A stretch of DNA of 64,000 nucleotides from Oscillospiraceae bacterium (GCA_015064025.1 SVSZ01000001.1:1705-65704), one strand, 5' to 3'; positions 8,401 to 17,518 are shown, numbered from the stretch's first letter. Notes: generated by a model from the sequence alone, not told the origin. Made by a program: numbers and translations.

Positions 8401-10899
8401 CCCTGCTCTGGAGTTCAGCGTACTCTTCAGTGCCTCGTTCGTTACCTCGCTTTGAGGATAGGAGCCAAAGTATACGGTCCCACCGTCACGTGTAAATAAC
8501 GGCGGTTCTTCCTTTCCGCAAACTGTGCAACAGCCATCCTCATAAGCATGCGACGTGGTGGCATCGCACTCGTCACAATCATGATCTCTATCTGCATCTG
8601 TGCAGGCTGTGAGATGTTTTTTGCAGTAATCACAGAGGTGATCGCCGTCTCCCGTCGCATCGGAATGCGAACCAACGTCTCCCCCGCACTCGTCACAGTC
8701 GTGATCCCTGTTTGCGTCCGTGCAAGCAGTGAGCGTTTCTCTGCAGTAATCGCAGAGGTGGTCACCGTCGCCTGCGCTATCGGCATGAACGCCAATGGTG
8801 GCTTCGCACTCGTCACACTCATGATCCTTGCCTACGTCAACGCAATCACTTGCGTTTTCTCCGCAGTATTCGCAAAGATGATCTCCGTCGCCCTCTGCAT
8901 CCGAATGCGCACCGACAGGCTCTCCGCATTCATCGCAAACGTGATCCGTGCCCGGATCTGTACAAGACGTGAGCGTTGCTCTGCAGTAATCACAAAGGTG
9001 GTCACCGTCGCCTGTGCTATCGTCATGATCACCAACGGTTCCTTCGCACTCGTCACAAACATGATCCTTGCCTATGTCAACGCAATCACTTGCGTTTTCT
9101 CCGCAGTATTCGCAAAGATGATCTCCGTCGCCCACTGCATCCGAATGCGAACCGACGTTCGCATTGCAATCGTCACAGTGGTGGTCCGTGTCTTCGTCTT
9201 CACAACCCGTAAGGGTTTCTCCGCAGTGATCGCATACGTGATCACCGTCGCCCGCTGTATCGGTGTGACTTCCAAAGCTCTCACCGCACTCGTCACAGGA
9301 GTGGTCCGTGTCTGCGTCTGTGCAAGCTGTGAGCGGTTCTCTGCAGTAATCGCAGAGGTGGTCTCCGTCGCCTGCGCTATCTTCATGCACACCCACGGGC
9401 TCTTCGCACTCATCACACTCATGATCCTTGCCTACGTCAACGCAATCACTTGCGTTTTCTCCGCAGTATTCGCAAAGATGATCTCCGTCATTTGCACGGT
9501 CTGAATGTATTCCGACGTTTTCACCGCACTCATCGCAGTCGTGATCCGTGTTTGCGTCTGTGCAAACGGTAAGGGTTTTTCTGCAGTAATCGCAGAGGTG
9601 GTCACCGTCGCCCACCGCATCCGTATGATCTCCCATCTCAGCGCCGCAATCGTCGCAGTCGTGGTCCTCGTCTTCGTCTTCACAAACAGTGAGGGTTTCT
9701 CCGCAGTGATCGCATACGTGGTCACCGTCACCCGCAGCATCGGTGTGACTTCCAAAGCTCACACCGCACTCGTCGCAGGAGTGGTCCCTGTTTGCGTCCG
9801 CACAAGCAGTGAGCGTTTCTCTGCAGTAATCGCAAAGGTGGTCGCCGTCGCCCACAGTATCGGCATGAACGCCAACGTTTCCTTCGCACTCATCACACGT
9901 GTGATCTTGATTCACATCCGTACAAGCAGTTGCACTTTCATTGCAATATTCGCAAAGATGATCTCCGTCATTTGCAAGGTCTGCATGTATTCCGACGTTT
10001 GCACCGCACTCGTCGCAGTCGTGATCCCTGTCTGTGTCTGCGCAAACAGTGAGTGTTTCTCCGCAGTGATCACAAACGTGGTCACCGTCGCCCGCAGCAT
10101 CGGTATGCCTTCCGACCAACACACCGCACTCATCGCAACCATGGTTTCGATCCGCATCAACACATCTTGTCAAGGGCTCTCTGCAATAATCGCAGACGTG
10201 GTCACCGTCCCCCACAGTATCTGCATGAACACCAACGTTCGCACCGCATTCATCACAGTCATGATCTGTATTCCCGTCAATACAACCGTTCACGTTTTCT
10301 CCGCAATATTCGCAAAGATGATCCCCGTCGCCCGTTGCATCCTCATGCACGCCGACGCTCGCACCGCACTCATCGCAGCCATGGTTTCGATCCGCATCAA
10401 CACAGCTTGTCAAGGGCTCTCTGCAATAATCACAGTCGTGATCGCCGTCATTCGCAATATCCGTATGATCTCCTACGTTCCCATTGCAAGCATCACAGGC
10501 ATGATCGTTATTCGCATCGGTATGAATACAGGCATATTCACACTTCAAGCAAACACCGTTCACCCACTCGTGCGGCTCCTCCGCTACGGCAATGGTGTCA
10601 CAGCAAGTATACGTCTTCTTATGTACGGTTTCATTTTTTGTCCAAACAGCCTCATTTGCATGGTTGTTGGCGTTAAAATCCCCGTAAGCCTCTCCGCATG
10701 CGGTGCAAACGGCATGGTCGTTACAGGTTGCGGTGCCTCCCGCATGAGAGCAGGATGCTCCGCTGTCTCCACTGTCATCGCCTTGCGAATTCTGCTCGCC
10801 GCGATCTCCCGTATGATCGTGTGAAGGTTCCTGTGTGCAGGACGAAAAGACACCGACCAACATCAAAAGAGCCAACACAAGTGCTAAAAACCGTTTCAA
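5485..10899 (-). CDS. Giant lipoprotein: Asp/His/Cys-rich 40-aa tandem repeats plus three DUF6273-like modules
   Basis: The ORF is open to 10917. The likely start is TTG 10899, 8 nt after GGAGG, giving MKRFLALVLALLMLVGVFSSC (lipobox). There are 16 copies of the unit GDGDHxC[DE][YH]Cx5CxDx3DHxCD[ED]Cx5HxD. Three modules follow, each with FG[ST]YPQS, YRGVYF, VYWFKYEPI, WLRSP and GVVP[AV]L. Confidence 0.9.
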   Translation of the reverse strand: MKRFLALVLALLMLVGVFSSCTQEPSHDHTGDRGEQNSQGDDSGDSGASCSHAGGTATCNDHAVCTACGEAYGDFNANNHANEAVWTKNETVHKKTYTCCDTIAVAEEPHEWVNGVCLKCEYACIHTDANNDHACDACNGNVGDHTDIANDGDHDCDYCREPLTSCVDADRNHGCDECGASVGVHEDATGDGDHLCEYCGENVNGCIDGNTDHDCDECGANVGVHADTVGDGDHVCDYCREPLTRCVDADRNHGCDECGVLVGRHTDAAGDGDHVCDHCGETLTVCADTDRDHDCDECGANVGIHADLANDGDHLCEYCNESATACTDVNQDHTCDECEGNVGVHADTVGDGDHLCDYCRETLTACADANRDHSCDECGVSFGSHTDAAGDGDHVCDHCGETLTVCEDEDEDHDCDDCGAEMGDHTDAVGDGDHLCDYCRKTLTVCTDANTDHDCDECGENVGIHSDRANDGDHLCEYCGENASDCVDVGKDHECDECEEPVGVHEDSAGDGDHLCDYCREPLTACTDADTDHSCDECGESFGSHTDTAGDGDHVCDHCGETLTGCEDEDTDHHCDDCNANVGSHSDAVGDGDHLCEYCGENASDCVDIGKDHVCDECEGTVGDHDDSTGDGDHLCDYCRATLTSCTDPGTDHVCDECGEPVGAHSDAEGDGDHLCEYCGENASDCVDVGKDHECDECEATIGVHADSAGDGDHLCDYCRETLTACTDANRDHDCDECGGDVGSHSDATGDGDHLCDYCKKHLTACTDADRDHDCDECDATTSHAYEDGCCTVCGKEEPPLFTRDGGTVYFGSYPQSEVTNEALKSTLNSRAGKLPTVYTPQKWTSYNYYIGGNVSHTMWYIDVEDGGEKYRGVYFTYYRPYNPSQSSSTAYTYQDDNGYSTRTVYWFKYEPIAWTILSEDTAGGTAMIVCDAVMDSQVYYITNSGTRLLNGETVYPNNYAHSAVRAWLNESFIGTAFDEAQASHILTTTVDNSAASTGTATNSYACEDTHDKIFLLSYKEANGSAVAQGKAATDYAKAQGVHVNTSDGNVWWFLRSPGNSEAGFVRNIEPNGTVSSASLNAGLGVVPALQIRLCNCTDADHDHACDVCGTVITECVDANKDHICEECEEFTRHTYENGYCTLCSVKRPYDRNGNKITFGSYPQSEVTDDALKSTLNSKAGTLPTESNSQAWTSYGYYINSNVSNFMWYIDVEEGGEKYRGVYFSSYRPWYTVAASSESTTYQYENGYFTSTVYWFKYEPISWKIVSEDTFEGTAMILCDMIIDSQEYYLTDSGTRTVGGKTVDPNNYAYSTIRTWLNETFMETAFNELQASLILVTTVDNSVASTGYSANSHACENTEDRIFLISALEAADIAYNLSRKATDYAQAQGTMCVNGYGQWWLRSPYNTNGTNVRNVATNGYVNKTGNVYLTAIGVVPALRIKLCDCADNDKNHICDYCGDKISECADLDSDGTCDVCGTSLSVANDVHEHDYVEGICTVCGLKRDGNTVYFGTYPQSKVTDRDLIRSLTTKAGTLPSSSNSRAWTSYGYYLNGSVSNFMWYIDVSEGGERYRGVYFTSARNLTQTENGYSKSTVYWFKYEPIAWTILSEDTANGTALVICDMIIDAQAYQNVSSSVGNESYNSSNGVPSNTYASNYAYSTIRKWLNETFMNTAFDSLQQKVILTTLVDNSITSTGSISNSYVCEATEDKIFLLSHQDVIYGDYGFSSDASGTDAARMKKSTDYAQSQGAYTSKLTGKTGNGVWWLRSPMEDSSQMVTVVGNNGATSREVITSDKPGVVPVLRLVI
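8520..10540 (-). repeat. In-frame 120-bp tandem repeat array (16 units) inside the giant lipoprotein gene
   Basis: The 60-nt blocks starting at 8821, 9061 and 9421 are identical except for one C/T. Their spacing is a multiple of 120 bp. Confidence 0.9.
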
Positions 10900-10983
10900 A
10901 TCAAATTCCTCCATCACACTAAAAATTCAAATGAGATATCCGAGGGAATGATATCAAATACGCGGGGATTCCGCGTATTCGTT

Positions 10984-11799
10984 TTACTTTTTCAACTCCA
11001 ACGTTCTTTCATATGCCGCTGTCACGGCATCCATGCAGGACGCACGGAAGCCGTTTGCCTCCAGGGCGTGGACCCCTGCAATGGTAGTTCCTCCGGGGCT
11101 GCATACCGCATCCTTGAGCTCTCCCGAATGCTTTCCGCTTTCAAGAAGCAATCTTGCGCCTCCCAAAAGGGTCTGTGCCGCATAAAGACGCGCGCGGTCT
11201 CTCGTCAGTCCGCATTCCACGGCACCGTCTGCCAAGCCCTCGGCAAAAAGGTAAACAAACGCAGGTCCGCATCCCGACAGCGCGCTTGCCGCGTCGATCA
11301 TGCCTTCGGGAAGCTCGTCAAGCTTGCCCGATGCCGACATCGCGTCAAGAAAGGCTTGCTTTTCATCCTCGCGCACCTCGCTGCCAAGCGCATAGAGCAC
11401 CATACCCTCCCCCACGGAAACGGGAGTATTGGGCATGATGCGAATGATGGGATAACTCTCACCCACCATTCGCTCGACGTCCGAAAGCGAGATCCCTGCC
11501 GCCATGCTGATCAATACCGTGCGCTCCTTCTTCTCTTCCAGAATCGGGCGCAAAGTATCGAACAATGCTTCAAAGCCCTGCGGCTTGACGCCGAGGAAGA
11601 TGAATGAGGAATGCTCCGCAAGCTCCGAAAGTGCGACAGCTTCGCCGCCTGTCAACGTTGCCAGCTCCTCAGCCTTCGCGGCATCGGAATCACAAAACGC
11701 CAAGAGCTCGCCACCGACACGCTTTCCGACTGCGCGTGCGATCGCGCCGCCCATATTTCCGCATCCGATAAAACCAAACTTATATTTCATCCTTTTCAT
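10984..11799 (-). CDS. proC: Pyrroline-5-carboxylate reductase
   Basis: FGFIGCGNMGGAI NAD(P)-binding motif and a conserved C-terminal SPGGTT. An alternative start at ATG 11790 has a better-spaced RBS. Confidence 0.9.
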   Translation of the reverse strand: MKRMKYKFGFIGCGNMGGAIARAVGKRVGGELLAFCDSDAAKAEELATLTGGEAVALSELAEHSSFIFLGVKPQGFEALFDTLRPILEEKKERTVLISMAAGISLSDVERMVGESYPIIRIMPNTPVSVGEGMVLYALGSEVREDEKQAFLDAMSASGKLDELPEGMIDAASALSGCGPAFVYLFAEGLADGAVECGLTRDRARLYAAQTLLGGARLLLESGKHSGELKDAVCSPGGTTIAGVHALEANGFRASCMDAVTAAYERTLELKK

Positions 11800-11805
11800 C
11801 CCTTC

Positions 11806-13062
11806 TCAACGGATCTGTCCGTTTCCTTTGATCACGTATTTGTAGGAGGTAAGCTCCTCAAGCCCCATCGGTCCTCTTGCGTGGAGCTTTTGCGTGGAAA
11901 TTCCGATCTCGCACCCAAGCCCGAACTCGCCGCCGTCCGTAAAGCGCGTGGAGGCATTGACGTACACCGCCGCACTGTCCACCGCACGGGTAAAGAGGTC
12001 TGCCGCTTCGGCGTTTTCCGTAACGATCGCTTCGCTGTGGTGTGTGGAATGTGCTGCAATATGCAGGACCGCCTCTTGCACGTCCTTTACAACCTTGACC
12101 GCGAGAATGTAGTCGAGAAATTCGGTATCAAAATCCGCGTCTGTCGCAGGTGTTCCCTCAATGATCCTTCCTGCTTCCCCGTCAAGGCGCAATTCCACGG
12201 AGGGAAGTCCCGCCGCCGCGCGATCTACGACAAGGCGCTTTTTGAGCATCGGCAAAAAGACGTCCGCCACCTTACGGCTGACAAGACAGACCTCCTCCGC
12301 ATTGCAAACGGAGGGACGGCTTGTTTTTGCGTTTTCAATGATGCGCACAGCCATTTCAAGATCGGCATCCGCATCCACGTAAACGTGACAGATGCCCGTT
12401 CCCGTCTGAATGCAGGGAACCTTCGCATTCTCGACGCATGCGCGGATCAGTCCCGCACCTCCGCGCGGAATCAAAAGATCGACGTAATCCACCGCAGTCA
12501 TAAGCTCATTCGCTCCCGTGCGCGTTGTATCCTCCAGCATATTCACAAGCGTTACGGGCAATCCGCATGCTGCAAGACCTGCACGAAGTGCCTTGACGAT
12601 CGCCGCTGAAGAACGGTATGCTTCCTTGCCACCGCGCAAAACGCAAACGTTTCCGCTCTTGAGTGAGAGCGCCGCCGCATCGGAGGTAACATTGGGACGG
12701 CTTTCATAAATGATCGCAACAACGCCCATGGGCACGCGCGTCTTTGTCACTGTGATGCCGTTCGGTCTTTGAAAGGAATCCACGCACTTGCCTACGGGAT
12801 CGGGGAGAGAGACCACGTCGCGAATTCCCTCTGCCATCGCACGGATCCGTTTTCCGTCAAGACGCAAACGGTCGATCATCACCTCACTGACGCTTCCCGT
12901 CACTGCTTCGACGTCCTCTGCGTTCGCCGCAAGGATCTGTGCCTCTGCCGCCTCCAATGCATCTGCCATGGAGAGCAGTGCCTCATTTTTCTCCTTTTCG
13001 GAAAGCAAGGAAAGGTGCGTTGTCGCCGCCTTCGCCGCCTTCAGTATTTCAAGCGTTGTCAT
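11806..13062 (-). CDS. proA: Glutamate-5-semialdehyde dehydrogenase
   Basis: Start [11 protein letters not shown] overlaps the proB stop (ATGA). Catalytic region [10 protein letters not shown]. The ORF extends to 13101. Confidence 0.9.
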   Translation of the reverse strand: MTTLEILKAAKAATTHLSLLSEKEKNEALLSMADALEAAEAQILAANAEDVEAVTGSVSEVMIDRLRLDGKRIRAMAEGIRDVVSLPDPVGKCVDSFQRPNGITVTKTRVPMGVVAIIYESRPNVTSDAAALSLKSGNVCVLRGGKEAYRSSAAIVKALRAGLAACGLPVTLVNMLEDTTRTGANELMTAVDYVDLLIPRGGAGLIRACVENAKVPCIQTGTGICHVYVDADADLEMAVRIIENAKTSRPSVCNAEEVCLVSRKVADVFLPMLKKRLVVDRAAAGLPSVELRLDGEAGRIIEGTPATDADFDTEFLDYILAVKVVKDVQEAVLHIAAHSTHHSEAIVTENAEAADLFTRAVDSAAVYVNASTRFTDGGEFGLGCEIGISTQKLHARGPMGLEELTSYKYVIKGNGQIR

Positions 13063-13835
13063 ACAGTATCTCCTTTTTTGGAAAACAGGGTTCCCACGCA
13101 CTTGCCGTCAAAGAGGTCGTACAAAAGCGACGGCTCGGCACCGTTGAGGATCACCATCTCGCATCCCGCCTCCATGCAAAGGCTTGCCGCATGCAGCTTT
13201 GTCCGCATGCCGCCCGTACCCAGAGCCGAGCCCTCGTCACCGCCCAAAGCCATGATCTCATCGGTCAATTCGTCGACCCTTTCAATCAGCATTGCGTCGG
13301 GATAGCGGTGCGGATCCTTTGTATAAAGTCCGTCGATATCCGAAAGAAGGATCAAACGGTCGGCATTGACACTGACCGCCACCATTGCGGAGAGCGTATC
13401 GTTGTCGCCCACCTTGATCTCCTCGGTCGCGATGGTATCGTTTTCGTTGATGATCGGCAAAACGTCCAGCTCAAGAAGCCGTTGCAGAGTATTCTGAAAG
13501 TTATGATAGCGGTCATCGTGTCTGAAGTCCGCTCCCGTCAGAAGGATCTGTGCCACGGTGTGATGGTATTTTTGAAACAGACGGTCATACGTATACATCA
13601 ATTCGCACTGCCCCACTGCCGCCGCGGCTTGCTTTGTGGGAATATCCTTCGGCCGCTCCTTAAGAGAGAGTTTTCCAACGCCCATACCGATCGCTCCCGA
13701 GGAAACGAGAATGATCTCATGCCCCGAGTTTTTCAGATCACTGAGTACTTTGCAAAATTCCTCAACGCGGCGAATATTCAAAAGCCCTGTCGGATGCGCC
13801 AACGTCGACGTACCGATTTTTACTACAATTCTCAT
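13059..13835 (-). CDS. proB: Glutamate 5-kinase (short form, no PUA domain)
   Basis: [12 protein letters not shown]..., [28 protein letters not shown]. Confidence 0.9.
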   Translation of the reverse strand: MRIVVKIGTSTLAHPTGLLNIRRVEEFCKVLSDLKNSGHEIILVSSGAIGMGVGKLSLKERPKDIPTKQAAAAVGQCELMYTYDRLFQKYHHTVAQILLTGADFRHDDRYHNFQNTLQRLLELDVLPIINENDTIATEEIKVGDNDTLSAMVAVSVNADRLILLSDIDGLYTKDPHRYPDAMLIERVDELTDEIMALGGDEGSALGTGGMRTKLHAASLCMEAGCEMVILNGAEPSLLYDLFDGKCVGTLFSKKGDTV

Positions 13836-13879
13836 GGAAAAACGCCCCTCTTTCGGTTTACTGTTCCTATATTATATCT

Positions 13880-13908
13880 ATTATATATGAAAAAGCAGAG
13901 TTCGTCAA
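13880..13908 (-). promoter_or_regulatory. proBAC promoter
   Basis: On the minus strand: TTGACG, 17 nt, TATAAT (-35 at 13908-13903, -10 at 13885-13880). Confidence 0.65.
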
Positions 13909-13918
13909 GAGGTTTTGC

Positions 13919-13957
13919 AAAAAAGCGGCTGTCTCAAACCGATGATTTGAGACAGCC
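13919..13957 (-). terminator. Intrinsic terminator after the 454-aa gene
   Basis: Arms GGCTGTCTCAAA / TTTGAGACAGCC, followed by a T-run on the minus strand. The same arm sequence occurs at 42238-42281. Confidence 0.8.
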
Positions 13958-13984
13958 TAATGTTACAAGATATACAATTTTCAG

Positions 13985-15349
13985 TTAAACTCTGCGCAAA
14001 AATGCAAGTCCGCCCTCGGGAAGTGTGACCGTATCGATCATCGCACCCGTTTCGCGGTTTTCCCACGGATGTGTCAGCGTTACAGTCTGCGTCTCGCTTG
14101 TAAGGTTCGAGATGCAAAGATACTGCTCATTACCCGTGAAAAGGCTCATGTACACGTGCTTCGGAAGCTGACCGTGTATCAGCGTGCTATCGGTCACGTT
14201 CATATGGCAAACGTTGTTCTCCTCGACCATGGGCTTATAGAGAGCAAGATATTTGAACCAATTGGCACGGTACTCCTCATTATCGGGGATCCCCGACCAG
14301 TCGCTGTAGGAATAGGGACCCTCCGGATGCTCCTCATCGTACTTCGCCATTTCCTGATAGGTTTCATACATTCCCGTTGTCTTGTACTTGACGCCCGGTA
14401 CGGAAATGATTTTTCCCGCCTGATAGGGACGGCCGTCGGGACGAAGCGGGAACTGCAAAAACGGGATCGTCTGTGCAAACATTCTCTTGACTGCCGTCTC
14501 CCCTGTCCAACGAAGATCCGGACACGGAATGAGATAGGGATCAAATTCGACGGTGCCGAGAAGATCGTCAAGATCGGACACACCCTCTCCTACCCAGAGA
14601 TAATCATAAAGCTTTTCGTCCGACGCGGGGCGGCAGACGTTGGAATAATGCATCTTCATAATGCCGTGATTTTCTTTGACAAAGGAATACATACGGGCAT
14701 AGAAGTCCTCTTCAAACGGATCGTAGCCGATATCAGACTGCACGCAGCTCTTTCTGCCTTCAGCTCTCACTCTGGCATGCGCCTTTGCAAACTCCTCACA
14801 GCCCGTGTCGTTATAAATACCGTCAAACTCATATTCATCAAAGACACGCTTCATCTTGTCAAAGAAATAGGTTGCCCACGTCTCGGACTCTGCGGAGCAA
14901 TTGGCGTACTCAAAGTGTACGCTGATAAGATATGATCTGTAGCGCATGAAATCCTCGCGGAAATCGGGGTCGCGGCGATCAAAATAGAAGGAGGAAAGGT
15001 ACGGGAGCACCTTGATCCCGAAATCGTGGCAAAGACTGATGAATTTTTTCATGCCCTCGGGATCGTGCGAGGAATACTTGTCCGCGCCGTAAAGACGGAT
15101 ATGATCGTTCCACTCCTCGTGCACCTGAATGAGTCCCACGCCCTGCTCGGCAAAGCTTTTGATCAGGTTATAGTCGTATTCGGTGGGCTCAATGGAAAAC
15201 CTTGCGGGATAAGGACCGAGATTGTAGGTCACCTGCCCGGGAAGATAATCCCTGATACGGATATGCTTCGCGCAAGCCTTGACGTGCTCCTGTGCATAAC
15301 GGATATTGTCAAGTCTCTTTTTTTGTTCTTCAAGACTCCACAGCTTCAT
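13985..15349 (-). CDS. Hypothetical protein, glycoside-hydrolase-like TIM-barrel candidate
   Basis: 454 aa with a GGAGG RBS. Strand-acid patterns (LIQVHEEWND, FGIKVLPYLS, FDGIYNDTG, YLWVGEG) resemble GH-like barrels. I cannot name a family. Confidence 0.45.
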   Translation of the reverse strand: MKLWSLEEQKKRLDNIRYAQEHVKACAKHIRIRDYLPGQVTYNLGPYPARFSIEPTEYDYNLIKSFAEQGVGLIQVHEEWNDHIRLYGADKYSSHDPEGMKKFISLCHDFGIKVLPYLSSFYFDRRDPDFREDFMRYRSYLISVHFEYANCSAESETWATYFFDKMKRVFDEYEFDGIYNDTGCEEFAKAHARVRAEGRKSCVQSDIGYDPFEEDFYARMYSFVKENHGIMKMHYSNVCRPASDEKLYDYLWVGEGVSDLDDLLGTVEFDPYLIPCPDLRWTGETAVKRMFAQTIPFLQFPLRPDGRPYQAGKIISVPGVKYKTTGMYETYQEMAKYDEEHPEGPYSYSDWSGIPDNEEYRANWFKYLALYKPMVEENNVCHMNVTDSTLIHGQLPKHVYMSLFTGNEQYLCISNLTSETQTVTLTHPWENRETGAMIDTVTLPEGGLAFLRRV

Positions 15350-15455
15350 AGACAGCCTCCTTCAAATCAGATATCAGACAGTTATATTATAGCAATTCAA
15401 CGCTTCGGAAACAATTGCATTTTTGGGCATAAACATTGCAAATATTGCGGTTGTT

Positions 15456-17411
15456 TCAATGCAAGATAAGGATCACGGGGTAAAGGTGCTCGCAGACAAG
15501 ATCCATTGTGTATGCGCCGAACTCCCCTTCTTCAAATTTGACAGACTCAAGCGTGCCGTCGGGACAGAGACGCTCGACACTTGAAAGCTTTTTCTTTGAT
15601 ATGAGCACGGGCTGCTCGATGGGATCGCAGGAAAGATTGAAGACAGCACAGAACATGCCTCCGTCCTCCATATCCGCCGCGCGGAAATAGACCTCTTCAT
15701 CCCCGGGATAATACAGCGGCAATTCTCCCGCCACGTCAAGGATGCGGATCAATTGCTGTTTTCTCGAAAAGTTGAGAAAGGAAAACGCCTCTTGAATATT
15801 GAACGCCACCTTCGGTGAGCCCGCAAAAGTGAAGATCTTACCGCCAAGCGCATTGTCGAATACAAGAGAACCCGGGAACAGGCGTTCAAAGTTGACCTTG
15901 TCCACCGAATTCGTCACCGTTGAAAGCTCGCGCACAGAATCAAAGAGAGGGACAAGCTCGCGCACTCTTTGCTGTACTGTGCATTTATTTCCGTTCCCCC
16001 CAAGAAGCTCGTGCGTGGGAGTTTTCCCCGTCCACGCGCGAACACGCACGCCGATATGCTTCTCAAATCCGCGTTCGGCAAGATGCGCGGCGGCATCCGA
16101 TGCCAGCATCATGTTGCCGCGAAGCATTTCAAGGATCTCCTCATCCGAAAAAGCGGTATCACGCGTTCCCTCAAGACAAGCAACGCCGCCCGACTGCGTC
16201 GAAAAATACATGGGAAGCCCCAATCTTTCAAGAAGACATTTGCTCCAGTGATCGACGCCGTCGGAAGACTCCACCCAAGCGTCTCCCAGGGGAAACCTCG
16301 GCGTTGCACTGACAGGAATACGGAAGCCACGGTGCCTGAGTGTCGGAGCAAGCTCGGAAAGTGTCTGATAAAAGCCACGGTGCTTTCCGAGAATACGGCG
16401 GTACGCCTTGCCGCTTTCGGGCTCGTAAGCCGCCAAGCGTGTGATCCAGTGCTTAGCCCCCGTCGCACCTTCGATGATCGATCCCGTAAAATGTGTATGC
16501 AAAGAGCGCGCACCCGTGCTGTAGCGATTTTGCGGGCAGGTGTCGGTTTCGGCAAGCACCACGTCTGCCTTGCCCTCAAGCTTTGCGATGGAAGCTGCAC
16601 ATTTCAAAAAGCTGTGGCTGAAATACTTGGCACCCATAGGGGTATAGTTGGCGTTATTGATACGAAGCACCACGGGATTTCCTTCTCCCGCCATGATCTT
16701 GGCAATCTCCACACCAAATTCCACGCTGCTGCCGACCGTGCAATAAGAGCCGGGAATGGTGGGATCCACGCTGTCGATCGCCGCGCGCATAACACGTGCG
16801 CACTCAAGAAGAGAGTCCCTTTGCGTCTGCACAAACAGCTCCGACACCGCTCTTGCGCTCTCGGTTCGCTCGCTTACTGCGGCAAGAAGCGCTTCTCTTT
16901 CCATACGTACACCGAGGCTTCTTTCAAGCCTGTCCAGATGCAAGGGGCAGGCACATCCTCCACCCGTACGGTAAAGGAGTCTGAAATCATCATCCAGCAT
17001 AATATGCGACGGTGCATACGACGCCAATTTCTCAAACGTACGGCGGATATATTCACGAAAGCCCTCGTCCGCAGGACAGACAGTAAAGGTCTTTTCTCCG
17101 TCGACAAGCTTTACGTACTGCTGATACGGAAACAATTCCCCAAGCATCCAGCCATGCCCTATACTCGCCTGAACCAGAATTCCGTTCGGGATTCCCATTT
17201 GCGCAAGCCGCTCACGAAAAAGAGCATACTTCTCGCCAAGGATTCTTGCCTTATCTACGGGCGGATCTCCCTCGGGGACCAGCGTCATGGAAAACAGTGC
17301 ACAGGTCGCTACACCGCTCTCGTACTGCTCTTTGATATCCTCGCAGATTTCCTCCAAATGCTCCACGTCCAAAGGCATGACCGTATACAGCTGTAATTTT
17401 TGCTTTTCCAT
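15456..17411 (-). CDS. Hypothetical protein, 651 aa, unknown family
   Basis: I placed the start at ATG 17411 (MEKQKLQLYTVMPLDVEHL...) after a G-rich RBS. It has coherent composition and the same orientation as the 454-aa gene, which lies 106 nt downstream. No signal peptide. Confidence 0.6.
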   Translation of the reverse strand: MEKQKLQLYTVMPLDVEHLEEICEDIKEQYESGVATCALFSMTLVPEGDPPVDKARILGEKYALFRERLAQMGIPNGILVQASIGHGWMLGELFPYQQYVKLVDGEKTFTVCPADEGFREYIRRTFEKLASYAPSHIMLDDDFRLLYRTGGGCACPLHLDRLERSLGVRMEREALLAAVSERTESARAVSELFVQTQRDSLLECARVMRAAIDSVDPTIPGSYCTVGSSVEFGVEIAKIMAGEGNPVVLRINNANYTPMGAKYFSHSFLKCAASIAKLEGKADVVLAETDTCPQNRYSTGARSLHTHFTGSIIEGATGAKHWITRLAAYEPESGKAYRRILGKHRGFYQTLSELAPTLRHRGFRIPVSATPRFPLGDAWVESSDGVDHWSKCLLERLGLPMYFSTQSGGVACLEGTRDTAFSDEEILEMLRGNMMLASDAAAHLAERGFEKHIGVRVRAWTGKTPTHELLGGNGNKCTVQQRVRELVPLFDSVRELSTVTNSVDKVNFERLFPGSLVFDNALGGKIFTFAGSPKVAFNIQEAFSFLNFSRKQQLIRILDVAGELPLYYPGDEEVYFRAADMEDGGMFCAVFNLSCDPIEQPVLISKKKLSSVERLCPDGTLESVKFEEGEFGAYTMDLVCEHLYPVILILH

Positions 17412-17518
17412 GCACAAACCCCCGTGAATAGAATACACTTTGGTTACATTATAGCGTACCGTCAGTAAAAAATCAAGGGATTTTCTTCGAATTTTTTTCG
17501 TCAATCCGGCGCCCCTTC

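Noticed and set aside
8520-10540. Regular 120-bp repeats that could be mistaken for a CRISPR array or satellite.
   Set aside because: The repeats are contiguous, with no unique spacers. They are in frame and translate into a conserved 40-aa protein unit inside one long ORF.
13836-13984. Possible amino-acid attenuator or riboswitch upstream of proB, and a lysine riboswitch upstream of asd (40018-40100).
   Set aside because: Both intervals hold only a promoter and a short leader. At proB there is also the upstream gene's terminator. I recognise no conserved riboswitch cores.
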